Shown piece after piece: positions 1 through 8,900 of a stretch of 34,097 nucleotides of DNA. Origin of the DNA: a virus (Duplodnaviria > Caudoviricetes); IMG/VR virus record IMGVR_UViG_3300042938_000405, positions 1 through 34,097 of that record, one strand, 5' to 3'. Position 1 is the first letter of the stretch, and each line of letters opens with the position of its first letter. The position numbers and the translations under genes were made by a program. The notes beneath the pieces were generated by a model. It ran no database searches. It saw only the letters and a program-made list of their open reading frames with translations, and had not been told where the DNA came from.

Positions 1-296
1 TCAGATTCTTGTTCTTTACTTTTTATGTACCGCAAACTTTCAAAATATGATCTGTTGCTCATTTTCATTACTAATTCTTGTAGGTTAGCCACTTGTTGGC
101 ATCCAAAACAAAAGAACAATCCACTTTCTTTTGATACTTCTCCAGCAGGAGTCCTGTTGTTATTATGATATGGACAGAAAATTATGTAGTCGGAATCTAC
201 TTCTGATTGTATTGTGATTCCAGAGCCGATGAGAACTCTTTTAATTTGGTCTTCTGTGTATATATCGGATTGTACCCGTCTGCTGCGATCATCCAT
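1..296 (-). CDS. dnaG: DNA primase, N-terminal CHC2 zinc-binding domain (partial, runs off the left edge)
   Basis: Not in the ORF track. Manual translation from ATG at 296: MDDRSRRVQSDIYTEDQIKRVLIGSGITIQSEVDSDYIIFCPYHNNNRTPAGEVSKESGLFFCFGCQQVANLQELVMKMSNRSYFESLRYIKSKEQES, open to the window edge. CPYH...CFGC is the primase zinc-finger signature, and the gene lies just downstream of DnaB. Exact start uncertain. Confidence 0.88.
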   Translation of the reverse strand, partial: MDDRSRRVQSDIYTEDQIKRVLIGSGITIQSEVDSDYIIFCPYHNNNRTPAGEVSKESGLFFCFGCQQVANLQELVMKMSNRSYFESLRYIKSKEQES

Positions 297-538
297 TCAA
301 TATTCTTTTTCCCTACGTAGATTCCATATACCGTCAATTTAAATTCAAACCAGTTTTTGCTTTCATTGTAGTATACCGTAAAGTCTGGGTCTATGTCAAT
401 TCTTGGAACATAGGCACTTTCTCTCATTTGTACTAACAATATTCTAATATATTCTTCTTTTAGTCTATAGATGTCTGACTCATCCTTGATGTTGCCATCT
501 AGTTTAAAACATTTTATAGGCTTATGATGAATTGACAC
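197..538 (-). CDS. Hypothetical phage protein (113 aa) between helicase and primase
   Basis: GTG start 6 nt after the helicase stop and 5 nt after TATAAT; fills the gap in the operon; no recognisable motif. Confidence 0.75.
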   Translation of the reverse strand: MSIHHKPIKCFKLDGNIKDESDIYRLKEEYIRILLVQMRESAYVPRIDIDPDFTVYYNESKNWFEFKLTVYGIYVGKKNIEWMIAADGYNPIYTQKTKLKEFSSALESQYNQK

Positions 539-543
539 ATCTT

Positions 544-552
544 ATTATAACT
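544..552 (-). promoter_or_regulatory. Putative -10 promoter (AGTTATAAT) for a leaderless transcript
   Basis: TATAAT overlaps the helicase stop codon, 5 nt before GTG at 538; no clear SD; AG instead of the TG extension. Confidence 0.45.
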
Positions 553-1771
553 GCTTATCTTCATAATCCTTGTAGCGATAATAACCTTTGTCAAAGTCAA
601 CTTGAACTAGGAACTCACCCATAAAGCCATTTCTATTTTTTCTAAAGGCACATTCAATAATATCGCTGTTAGTTGCTCTACCAAGTGCAATTACCCAGTC
701 TGCATCATAGGCAATCTGTCTTGACCAGGCAGTTTGTCCAAGTGTTGGAACACTACTAAGGTCATTTACATCATCTGGAGTTGCAGAAGATATTGCAATA
801 ATAGGAACTTCTTCTCCAATAGCCATTAGTTTTAGTTCACGAGAAAGATTTTTCATTCTTACTGTTTCATTATCTGACTTCTGGTTTGGACTCATTAACT
901 GTAGGTAGTCAACAATAACAAAATCTGGACGGTATTGATCTATCTTTCCACGTAGAACTGACGGGCTAATCTCTCCACCCTGATCATTTGAAATGATATG
1001 AAATGGACTCTTTCCAGTAACTTTATCTTTGTGCCAAGTTTTAAACATCTCTGGCTCAACATGACCCTGACTAATTTTTCTGTGTGACCAAAGACCTTCG
1101 CCCATAATTGTAAATACACGATTTCTAACTTCTGTCTCAGACATTTCAAGGCTGATTACTAATGGGGTTTTGCCTTGTTTCCATGCCTGTACCGCAAAAT
1201 AAAGAGCAAGCCATGACTTACCAATGCCTGGATAGGCTAAAAACACTCCCAGTTGGCCTGGAGCGATACCACTTGGAAGGTAGTTATCAAATCCTGGCAA
1301 GCCAGTTTTAATACCTGTAATCCCAGCCTCTTCCATTTTACGCAAGTGATCAAAATATGCAGCAGCGGACTCAAAATCAGTAGCATCAATATCTCTAACA
1401 GATGATGTATTCTTTTTAAGTTCTGAGGTCTGAGTAATCAGAGAGTCTAAAGCAACTACTGAATTGCCACTTTGTACTTCTCCTGCTGCAGATCGTAATA
1501 TTGTTTTAAGACTATCGTTTAGGTAGTCTCCTTGTAGTTCTGAAAGGTGATGTTTTGTTGCCCCAATATCTTCAACTACCTCGAAATCTCTAAACTTTTC
1601 AATTACTAAGGATAGTGGTGGAACGGAACTGTTTGCCTCAAAATATTTTCTAATGAATGTCCATACATCTAAATGTGTTCGTAAAAGTCCATCAATATTT
1701 GCTTGTAGCAAAACGTGAATCTGTTTATCTTTTAAGACTGCATTTAATACCTTTGATTCAATGCTAGCCAT
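545..1771 (-). CDS. dnaB: DnaB-like replicative helicase (SF4)
   Basis: Walker A AYPGIGKS, SLEMS, Walker B VIVDYLQLM, IAYDADWVIAL and arginine-finger KNRNG; also IKTGLPGFD. Confidence 0.96.
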   Translation of the reverse strand: MASIESKVLNAVLKDKQIHVLLQANIDGLLRTHLDVWTFIRKYFEANSSVPPLSLVIEKFRDFEVVEDIGATKHHLSELQGDYLNDSLKTILRSAAGEVQSGNSVVALDSLITQTSELKKNTSSVRDIDATDFESAAAYFDHLRKMEEAGITGIKTGLPGFDNYLPSGIAPGQLGVFLAYPGIGKSWLALYFAVQAWKQGKTPLVISLEMSETEVRNRVFTIMGEGLWSHRKISQGHVEPEMFKTWHKDKVTGKSPFHIISNDQGGEISPSVLRGKIDQYRPDFVIVDYLQLMSPNQKSDNETVRMKNLSRELKLMAIGEEVPIIAISSATPDDVNDLSSVPTLGQTAWSRQIAYDADWVIALGRATNSDIIECAFRKNRNGFMGEFLVQVDFDKGYYRYKDYEDKQL

Positions 1772-2072
1772 TCAGCCACTCCTTTGCCATCAATCTTCTT
1801 TCTGCACGTTCTCTATCATCTTCGTCTTTATCTTTTTTAGCCTTAATAATTTTTTCTGCCTGGTATGCAAAAGTATTCCAAGACGGACTCTCAGTAACCT
1901 TAAAATAGTATTCTAAAATATCGTAACATCCTTCAATTCCATACGACTGAATAAGAGCATCTGCTGCCCATTGTTCAACGTTAAGATTCATTGATGGCTT
2001 TACATCATATCTTTCTTTGTGGTATTTACTATACCTTGAAAGCAAAGCCATTCGGTCTTTGCGGTCTGGCAT
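1764..2072 (-). CDS. Hypothetical protein (102 aa), possibly helicase-associated
   Basis: Overlaps the helicase start by 8 nt and the upstream stop by TAATG; function inferred from position only. Confidence 0.8.
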   Translation of the reverse strand: MPDRKDRMALLSRYSKYHKERYDVKPSMNLNVEQWAADALIQSYGIEGCYDILEYYFKVTESPSWNTFAYQAEKIIKAKKDKDEDDRERAERRLMAKEWLNG

Positions 2073-2278
2073 TACTCAGAGATTTCTGCTTTGGCTTCGT
2101 TAATTTTATCAGTTAGTTTATCTTCAACAAACTTGTAAACACGTTCCATTGCTTCGTTAGTTGTCTCTCCATCTTTCTTAGAGTCAACAACTCCAAGATC
2201 AAGTCTTAATGATTGGAAGTTTCCAAGATTAAGTGTATAGCCTAAAGTTACAGAAACCTTAGTGTTATCGTTTTCCAT
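2072..2278 (-). CDS. Small hypothetical phage protein (68 aa)
   Basis: Beta-hairpin-like TKVSVTLGYTLNLGNFQSLRLDLGV followed by a helix; coupled to the next gene. Confidence 0.8.
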   Translation of the reverse strand: MENDNTKVSVTLGYTLNLGNFQSLRLDLGVVDSKKDGETTNEAMERVYKFVEDKLTDKINEAKAEISE

Positions 2279-2296
2279 TTTACATCCATTCAGTAG

Positions 2297-2839
2297 TTAG
2301 ATAGATTCAGACCAGATAGGAATGAAGCGTCCATCTTCAGTTCTCGTATATGTAAGTATACCATCGCCCATTCTCCTAGTCAACTCTTGTTTAGTAGGAG
2401 TCATGTTGTTTGTTACAAGGCCATCTTTTCTTGGTTGACCAATATGAATTGATGCCAATATGTCCCTTATTTCCCTTATGTGACTTTCTGAATAATAACA
2501 TCTTATCTGCCAGCCACGCTTTCCACCTATGCTAGATCCTATTGGTGCTGGAATTGTTCCACGTTTAATAAGAGTAGGAATATACTTTTTATGTCTGTTA
2601 ATAAGTATAGCAGTTTCTCCAATAGTATATGCCTTTTCTCTTTTCTTTTTAAATTCTGCAATAAAACAAGTTTCAATCCTGTCTTTATTTATATTATAAA
2701 GCGCAACAATTCCGTCTGATCTGTTTCTGTGATGCACCTTGACTAAATCATTATTTAAAAACCAAATAGTTTTATTACCTGAAACTATAGCGGACTGATT
2801 GTAGTTTTGGCCCTCAATATTTCCTGTTGTAGAATCCAT
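2297..2839 (-). CDS. MerR-like helix-turn-helix DNA-binding protein
   Basis: AYTIGETAILINRHKKYIPTLIKRGTIPAP...RCYYSESHIREIRDI fits the MerR/excisionase winged-HTH pattern; SD-like GAGGGA before ATG. Confidence 0.72.
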   Translation of the reverse strand: MDSTTGNIEGQNYNQSAIVSGNKTIWFLNNDLVKVHHRNRSDGIVALYNINKDRIETCFIAEFKKKREKAYTIGETAILINRHKKYIPTLIKRGTIPAPIGSSIGGKRGWQIRCYYSESHIREIRDILASIHIGQPRKDGLVTNNMTPTKQELTRRMGDGILTYTRTEDGRFIPIWSESI

Positions 2840-2973
2840 GATCCCTCTTTGCTGCTGTCTGGTGGATGGTAAAATTTTCTTTTACCACAAATTACACAGT
2901 ATACTTCAATATGTTCTTTTGTACTGTACTGTCTATCAACAAAAACAATACCGCCACATCTTGCACACTTCAC
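2785..2973 (-). CDS. Small zinc-ribbon protein (62 aa)
   Basis: CARCGG...CVICG (two CxxC pairs); GTG start overlaps the upstream TAG. Confidence 0.78.
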   Translation of the reverse strand: MKCARCGGIVFVDRQYSTKEHIEVYCVICGKRKFYHPPDSSKEGSWILQQEILRAKTTISPL

Positions 2974-3410
2974 TAATTTGGTATTCCAATTGCAAGAACA
3001 TTAACATCAACAGTTGCCACTCCAGTAGTATCAAATCTTACAAGAAACGAAGCGCTAGTGTTTGACACTTGAGTAATAACCACTGTAACATTTTTTCCAG
3101 CATCTGTATTTCCTGTGTTAAAAGGAGTTGCTACTACAATTGGTGGATACTGAAAACTATAATTAACTGTAAATGGAATTTGATTTTCACTGGTAGTAAT
3201 AGTTTTAGAACTTGCTACGTTTGTTGTAATACCAACAATTCCTGCTCTTCCAGTTGCAACTGTATTACTTTTTCCATTGCTTGCTACAATTTGTGTTACA
3301 TTTTGAGTCGTTCCAACAATATCGCTTAGTTGATTAACTGTTTCAACCAAAGAATACATATAAGAAACATCTAAAGGTTGCCCTCTTTGTGGTACTGTTA
3401 GTTTTGCCAT
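2973..3410 (-). CDS. Putative virion/tail-tip protein (145 aa), beta-rich C-terminal domain
   Basis: SD GGAGGA; C-terminal FQYPPIVVATP...VSNTSASFLVR...VNVLAIG resembles small tail-fibre/H-type-lectin-like beta sandwiches; last gene of the tail module. Confidence 0.7.
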   Translation of the reverse strand: MAKLTVPQRGQPLDVSYMYSLVETVNQLSDIVGTTQNVTQIVASNGKSNTVATGRAGIVGITTNVASSKTITTSENQIPFTVNYSFQYPPIVVATPFNTGNTDAGKNVTVVITQVSNTSASFLVRFDTTGVATVDVNVLAIGIPN

Positions 3411-3419
3411 TATTCCTCC

Positions 3420-3428
3420 ATTATATCA
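3420..3428 (-). promoter_or_regulatory. Extended -10 promoter TGATATAAT
   Basis: Perfect TGnTATAAT in a 24-nt intergenic gap, 9 nt before ATG 3410. Confidence 0.7.
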
Positions 3429-3434
3429 TTTAAC

Positions 3435-4214
3435 TTAAGGTATTGTAATTGTTCCAGATTCATACAACTTTAATGCTGGAACTACAATTTTAGAAATTCC
3501 CTCTGGCTGAATTAAAATTTTTATTGTTGAAGTTGCTGTGTTTGGTATTGTATAAGTAATAACTGCTGGTTGAGATCCTTTATCAGGACTTGCAATTGCA
3601 GTACCGTGATAAGAATAATTAGTTGCTGAATTAATTTTAACAAAAATATCATACTTTAATCTTTTAGGCATATATTCTATAACTTCCATATACACCATTC
3701 CTTTTTCTGGTGTTCTGCGCTCAGAAACCATTACAGAGTCTGTCCAAGTAACTGAAAAACTTCCTGCTGGAGCAGTGGTTACACCTATCTTAGTTACTGT
3801 TGCAGCAACTGTTTCAATTGGTTCTGCGTCTACATAATAAATTGGGGACCATGCAGAGGCTCTGTTAAGATCATCAGAAACAACTCTATATCTAATACTG
3901 TGTTTATTAGAATCATTAACTGGTGGCAAATCTTTTTTTAATAATAAAGATTTTTTAATATTTTTATCTTTAGAAATCCATTTGGCATATAAAGTTATAT
4001 TTGCTGCTGCTGCTGTATAAGTACTTGCTAGTCCTGGGCCATAAAGAGTTCCATAACCGAGAGGATTAGTTGTCCATCCAAGAAAATTATAGCCAGTTTT
4101 AATAAGATTTCCAGTATTGCCAAGAATAGTTATGGTGGCTGCTACGCTATAATTGGTTGCATCTACTGGAACTGATCCTGATGTAGGAAAAGATCCATTG
4201 TAAGTCACTATCAT
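3435..4214 (-). CDS. Tail-associated protein with an N-terminal Listeria-Bacteroides (InlB B-repeat/Flg_new) domain
   Basis: VTYNG...SGSVP...KTGYNFLGWTT...ITLYAKW matches the B-repeat pattern; the rest is beta-rich and Fn3-like (VTW...YDIFVK). Confidence 0.8.
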   Translation of the reverse strand: MIVTYNGSFPTSGSVPVDATNYSVAATITILGNTGNLIKTGYNFLGWTTNPLGYGTLYGPGLASTYTAAAANITLYAKWISKDKNIKKSLLLKKDLPPVNDSNKHSIRYRVVSDDLNRASAWSPIYYVDAEPIETVAATVTKIGVTTAPAGSFSVTWTDSVMVSERRTPEKGMVYMEVIEYMPKRLKYDIFVKINSATNYSYHGTAIASPDKGSQPAVITYTIPNTATSTIKILIQPEGISKIVVPALKLYESGTITIP

Positions 4215-5329
4215 TATACAACGTTACCAATATCTAAAGACATTCTAAATTCAACATAATTGTTTGTGTTTGGAGATTTTTCAATTGGCTCTGCATTAGC
4301 ATTTTTAATAACAGAATATCCAACTAGTCCATACAGAGGATTAACAGTACTTATATTATCAAATCTAATTGCATCAAAAGCAATATAATGTGTTGCAACT
4401 GCTGCTCCTGAAGTTACTACAGAGGAGTATATTTTAACAGAGGTAATAGATTCCCAAGAAAAGCCTTCTTCTTGAACAAAATCTTGTAATGTTTTTTCAA
4501 CTACAAAATATCTATTAGTATCAAAATCAATTCCACCTGATCCTTGAACTAAATCAACCAAACATCTTGCATATTTGTTATTACTAATAAACTCTAAAAC
4601 AATTTTTAAACTACCTGGTTTTAAATGGGCTGCAGCAGCATCTTTGTTTACAAGAGAAAATGCAATTTTAATTTTATCTGATAATGAATTTTGAGATAAA
4701 TCAATATTAAGTCCATTTTTTATTATGTAATTTTGTCCAGATAGGCCTGTTGTAACATTAGTAACATTTTTAATATCACTGTAATTTCCTTTTACTAAAA
4801 GCATATTATTAAAAAATCTACATCTTTCATTTTTTGTATTTCTATATTCTTTGTAGAAAATTCTATTATCTGCTGCTGCTTGAAACACACTGTCTGTTGT
4901 TGAAATAATGTTGTCATTATTTGTATCAAGTGCTGAACTTATTGATGGAATTGCTTTTTCTGTAGTGTCAAGATACTTCCATTGCTCTTCTTCTGTAAAC
5001 AATAATAAACTTCTACTATCAAATCCTGAAGCGGATGGATTTCCTCCTGCAGAGTAAAGACCTATTTCTGTAATTTCATATCTTTCTTGTGTTGGAAGTT
5101 CTGCAGTAAATACTATTTTGTTAACACCCTCTTCTTTTACATACCCTCTTGAAGAAATTGGAACCCTAAACATTTCAAAATTTAATACTTCTTTTTCTGA
5201 ATAGTCTACGGCTCCAGCACCATCTGCTAGTGGTTTTTGACCACAGCCAAAAGCCATATACGATGCATAGGCAGGGGTTGTTCCAAGCAAGTATTTTGCT
5301 ATAATTTCTTTTCCTTTATTTGTTATCAT
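4214..5329 (-). CDS. Putative baseplate/tail-tip structural protein (371 aa)
   Basis: N-terminal MITNKGKEIIAKYLLG...YMAFGCG...EMFRVPI...FTAELP...ITEIGLY resembles baseplate/tail-fibre attachment domains; position in tail module. Confidence 0.7.
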   Translation of the reverse strand: MITNKGKEIIAKYLLGTTPAYASYMAFGCGQKPLADGAGAVDYSEKEVLNFEMFRVPISSRGYVKEEGVNKIVFTAELPTQERYEITEIGLYSAGGNPSASGFDSRSLLLFTEEEQWKYLDTTEKAIPSISSALDTNNDNIISTTDSVFQAAADNRIFYKEYRNTKNERCRFFNNMLLVKGNYSDIKNVTNVTTGLSGQNYIIKNGLNIDLSQNSLSDKIKIAFSLVNKDAAAAHLKPGSLKIVLEFISNNKYARCLVDLVQGSGGIDFDTNRYFVVEKTLQDFVQEEGFSWESITSVKIYSSVVTSGAAVATHYIAFDAIRFDNISTVNPLYGLVGYSVIKNANAEPIEKSPNTNNYVEFRMSLDIGNVV

Positions 5330-5952
5330 AACTCATCAACTCCAAGATCTGTTTCATATATTGTACCATTTTGCAGCGTTTCAATTTCAATTTTCTCTCC
5401 TGGGTTTAAATTTATGCTTTCTATGACTAAGTTTCCAGTTGAAAAATTAATATAAACATTTGTTCCCGCAGGCCCATTCCCACTATTTGGAATCTTTGTT
5501 TCTAACTTTATAGGAAAATTTAAAAAATATTTGTCAGATGTGTTTTGAAGAGCCAAAATACCTTTTGGATCTAAGGCTTTTTGTATTTCTGCCATATTAA
5601 TAATTGGTTGATAGTTTACGCTATCGGTGTTTAAATTTGCATTGTTTGTAAGTGACAAAAGCATAGTGCCGTTAATTTGTTCAAAATACAACATCTTTAA
5701 AAAATCTGCGTCTTCTGCATTTATATCATTTTGAAAATTAACATATTGCGGTGTTGCAATTTTTACTGGTTTTTTTACAGAAGATTCAACGTTTGTTCGT
5801 AAACTTGAAGTTGGCGGTATTGGACTAACTGTTGATTTTCCTGCTGTCATATCTAAAAATTCTTGTTGCCAACTTTCTATTTTTTGAGGAGAAGAAGCCA
5901 TCATTCCTTGTTTGTCATTGGTCATATCTAAAAATTCTTCTTCCCAACCCAT
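5326..5952 (-). CDS. Putative tail-tip protein (208 aa)
   Basis: Start moved to ATG 5952, which follows SD GAGGTG and lies 1 nt after the upstream stop; ATGA overlap with the next gene. Confidence 0.72.
   Translation of the reverse strand: MGWEEEFLDMTNDKQGMMASSPQKIESWQQEFLDMTAGKSTVSPIPPTSSLRTNVESSVKKPVKIATPQYVNFQNDINAEDADFLKMLYFEQINGTMLLSLTNNANLNTDSVNYQPIINMAEIQKALDPKGILALQNTSDKYFLNFPIKLETKIPNSGNGPAGTNVYINFSTGNLVIESINLNPGEKIEIETLQNGTIYETDLGVDEL
5846..5939. repeat. Exact 19-bp direct repeat GTCATATCTAAAAATTCTT (5846-5864 and 5921-5939)
   Basis: Read directly; copies 75 bp apart, encoding WEEEFLDMT and WQQEFLDMT. Confidence 0.9.
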
Positions 5953-5953
5953 A

Positions 5954-8900
5954 TTACACCTCACTCAAATATATAGTCATTTTTGGTCCATCTAATCCTC
6001 TTGAATATTCTATATTATAAACAACAAAACGTGAACTAGAAGATGTAACAAGATCTAAGTTGTCATTATTCTTATAGTCAATTGAAACAATATCGCCAAG
6101 TTGAATTGTGGTATTTGCAAAAATTTCTAATCCAATTGCTTTTCTTGGAACCATTAATTTATCTACTAGCCATCCCATTAAGTTTTCTGCATCTTCTGTA
6201 GTTTGTATATAATCTGTATCTATAGAAAAAGCGCTTTTACCATAATTCATTCTACTTAATTTAACATTATTGTATTTTTCTTTTTCTATATTTGGAGAAT
6301 AAACCACTACATCTCCGACAAGTTCAGGATCTGAAAAACTTGATTTCTTTTTAAAGTAATCATCTACTGTAAGTTCATTACTGCTATCGCTTGTAAATGC
6401 AATACCTTGAATTTTTAAAAAGTTTGAAGTGGTTGTGCTTACATCTAATAAAGTGTCTGTTGCATTAAATATTAAAAATTCTGCTCCATAAGCATTTGCT
6501 TGGAAACCAGAAATTGTATATTCTTTTACTTTGTCTGGCGCACTCACCATTTTGGCGTATAGTGCTGGATATGCATTGTCAAATTTAGCATTAATGTATG
6601 AACACTCTCTCATAATAGTTCCAAATTCTTCAAAATAAATACTATAAACTGGAGTTGTAAAAGTACTCAAACCAGTTAGGTATGCTTCTTGTAAAATTCC
6701 GCTCATTGCATATTTTTTTAATGATTGGTTAGCAGTAATTGGTGTTGATGAAAAAACCTTTCCAACTTGATTGTTTATTACAAAACCAGAGTTTTGTGAG
6801 TAATTGTTGGTTAAAGCATAAAAATTTTCAAACATACATTTAGAAGATCCTCTAATAAATAAAGCAGTATTCTGATATACGGGAAGTGGTGAAGTATCAT
6901 CAACCTGACCAATTAAAACATCATTTACATATAAATAAAATCTTCTTGTATTTTTATTTGCTAAATCTTCATACTCTACTGCTAAATCATATACTGTTGT
7001 ATATTGTTCATTATGTTTTCTTGATATTCCAGCAAAATCTCCAGAGTCATATTGAATTTGTTCATTAAATGCATTAAACAATAATGTTGGAATAGCATTT
7101 GCTTCTCCAGTACCTTGTTCAATTTTATAAAATATAATATTTGAAGTATCTGTAGTTGCCCCATCTAATGCAATAACTTCAAAGTAATATCCATTATTAG
7201 TTTCTGGATTAAGAAGAACTGCAAGTCCTCCAGAGTTTCCAGATATGTTAACATTTTGTTCTGGCGAAGTAGAGTTATTTTTATAATATGTCATTCCAGA
7301 AAGTGGAACTGCAGTAGAAATTACACTACCACTTTGTGTTTTTAATTCTCCGCCAATGTCACCAATAATACGTATTCTAGTTCCAAAATGTTTAAATACT
7401 GCTTTGTCTAGTGTTTTGTAAACATAGGATATGTGATCAATTGGTTTTGGATCTGTTGCAATAAAGTCTTTACCTTTAAAAACAAGTGCTGATGATTGAA
7501 CCAATCCTTTATTTTTTGCAGGATCTATAGACTGTATAGATGCTCTTTCTGTTTCTGTTAACTGATACTCTGATAAAAATCTTTTAATTACACCATTAAC
7601 AAATGCTGAATTAGCAACAGTATTTGAAATACCCGCAGAGCCAGCAACAGTAGTTCCTTCAAAGGTGGTGTCTCCAAATAAATATTTAGAGTCCATTAAA
7701 CAACCTCTACGATTACTAGTGCTAACCCAATATGGATCTAGGGCTGCTTTATGGGAAACAATCACTGTTCCAAACTGAGCCCTTCCATGTTGTGCTACTG
7801 CACCATTTTTCATTCTTGTCACTCCAGATACCGTTTCATAATAAGGCTCTGAGTATATTCTAACTTTTCCATTTGGATATATTTTGCCATTATATTTTAA
7901 TTTATTTAAATAATTTTTGTATTCAGAATCACTACTTATCCATACGTTTCCAATTCCCTCAACAAAATATTGAACTGCATCATATTTAATAACTTCACCA
8001 TTAGCATAAAAATATCCTTGATTTCTTGAAATTAAATAAATACTTTCTCCAAAATCAATAATGTTATTTATTAATTGATTGGCAACTACAGTTGGGGCTG
8101 CCCCTGCAAGTGGCGAGTTTAATGCAAGTGCTGATAATGTAAATCCACTTGATTTTTGATTTGATCCCTTTAGTTCTTCATAATTAGATATTTCCCACAG
8201 GAGAGATGGTTTATATACCCAAAATTTATTTTCTGCACTTGATATAGTCTCTTCTCCTATTGCTGAATAGGTTTTATCAATATACCGTGATGTATAATTA
8301 ATTTTTCCATCATTATAAATCTTTTTATCTTGAGAAGCAATTGCAATAATGTTAGGAAGTTTTTTACCAGTAATTAATTTATTTTTAATTATTTGCACAG
8401 AATTTTCCGAAAGGGATGGACTATTTCCACCAAGTTCATCTTCCCAATATTCAGTACTATAAAGACCACCATCAAAAAATTCTTCTGCAGCGTTAGTATA
8501 TGCACCTGCATCTTCTGAATTTGAATCTATCTCTACTACAACATCATTTGTTTTTGATCCAATTAATGTGGTGTCTATTGACCTTTGTCCTGCTGCTGGC
8601 ATTAAATAATTTTTACTCATTGCAATAAAATTATTATATTCATCAAAGAACATTGCTGTTTGTGTTGATACTGCTAAATCATTTAATACTTGTGCAACAC
8701 TTTCATCTGGCCCCACAAAAAAATATGGAATAACTGGATCGATTTCTCCTTCTATTCTTTTATAAACATAGTTACTAAATCCAATAGCATCTAATAAAAT
8801 AGATATTGCATAACTTACTGATATGTTTGTAAGAAAAAGTTTTGGAGCAAGCATTGATTCAAAATAAAAATAAAAATCTCTTAACTCTAAAGATATAGTT

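Noticed and set aside
4211-4222. TATAAT at the 4214 gene junction as a promoter
   Set aside because: Explained by the GTA-TAA-TG stop/start overlap; lacks the TG extension and overlaps the start codon.
5846-5939. 19-bp direct repeat as a mini CRISPR array or att site
   Set aside because: Only two copies, in frame within a CDS, no cas or integrase genes.
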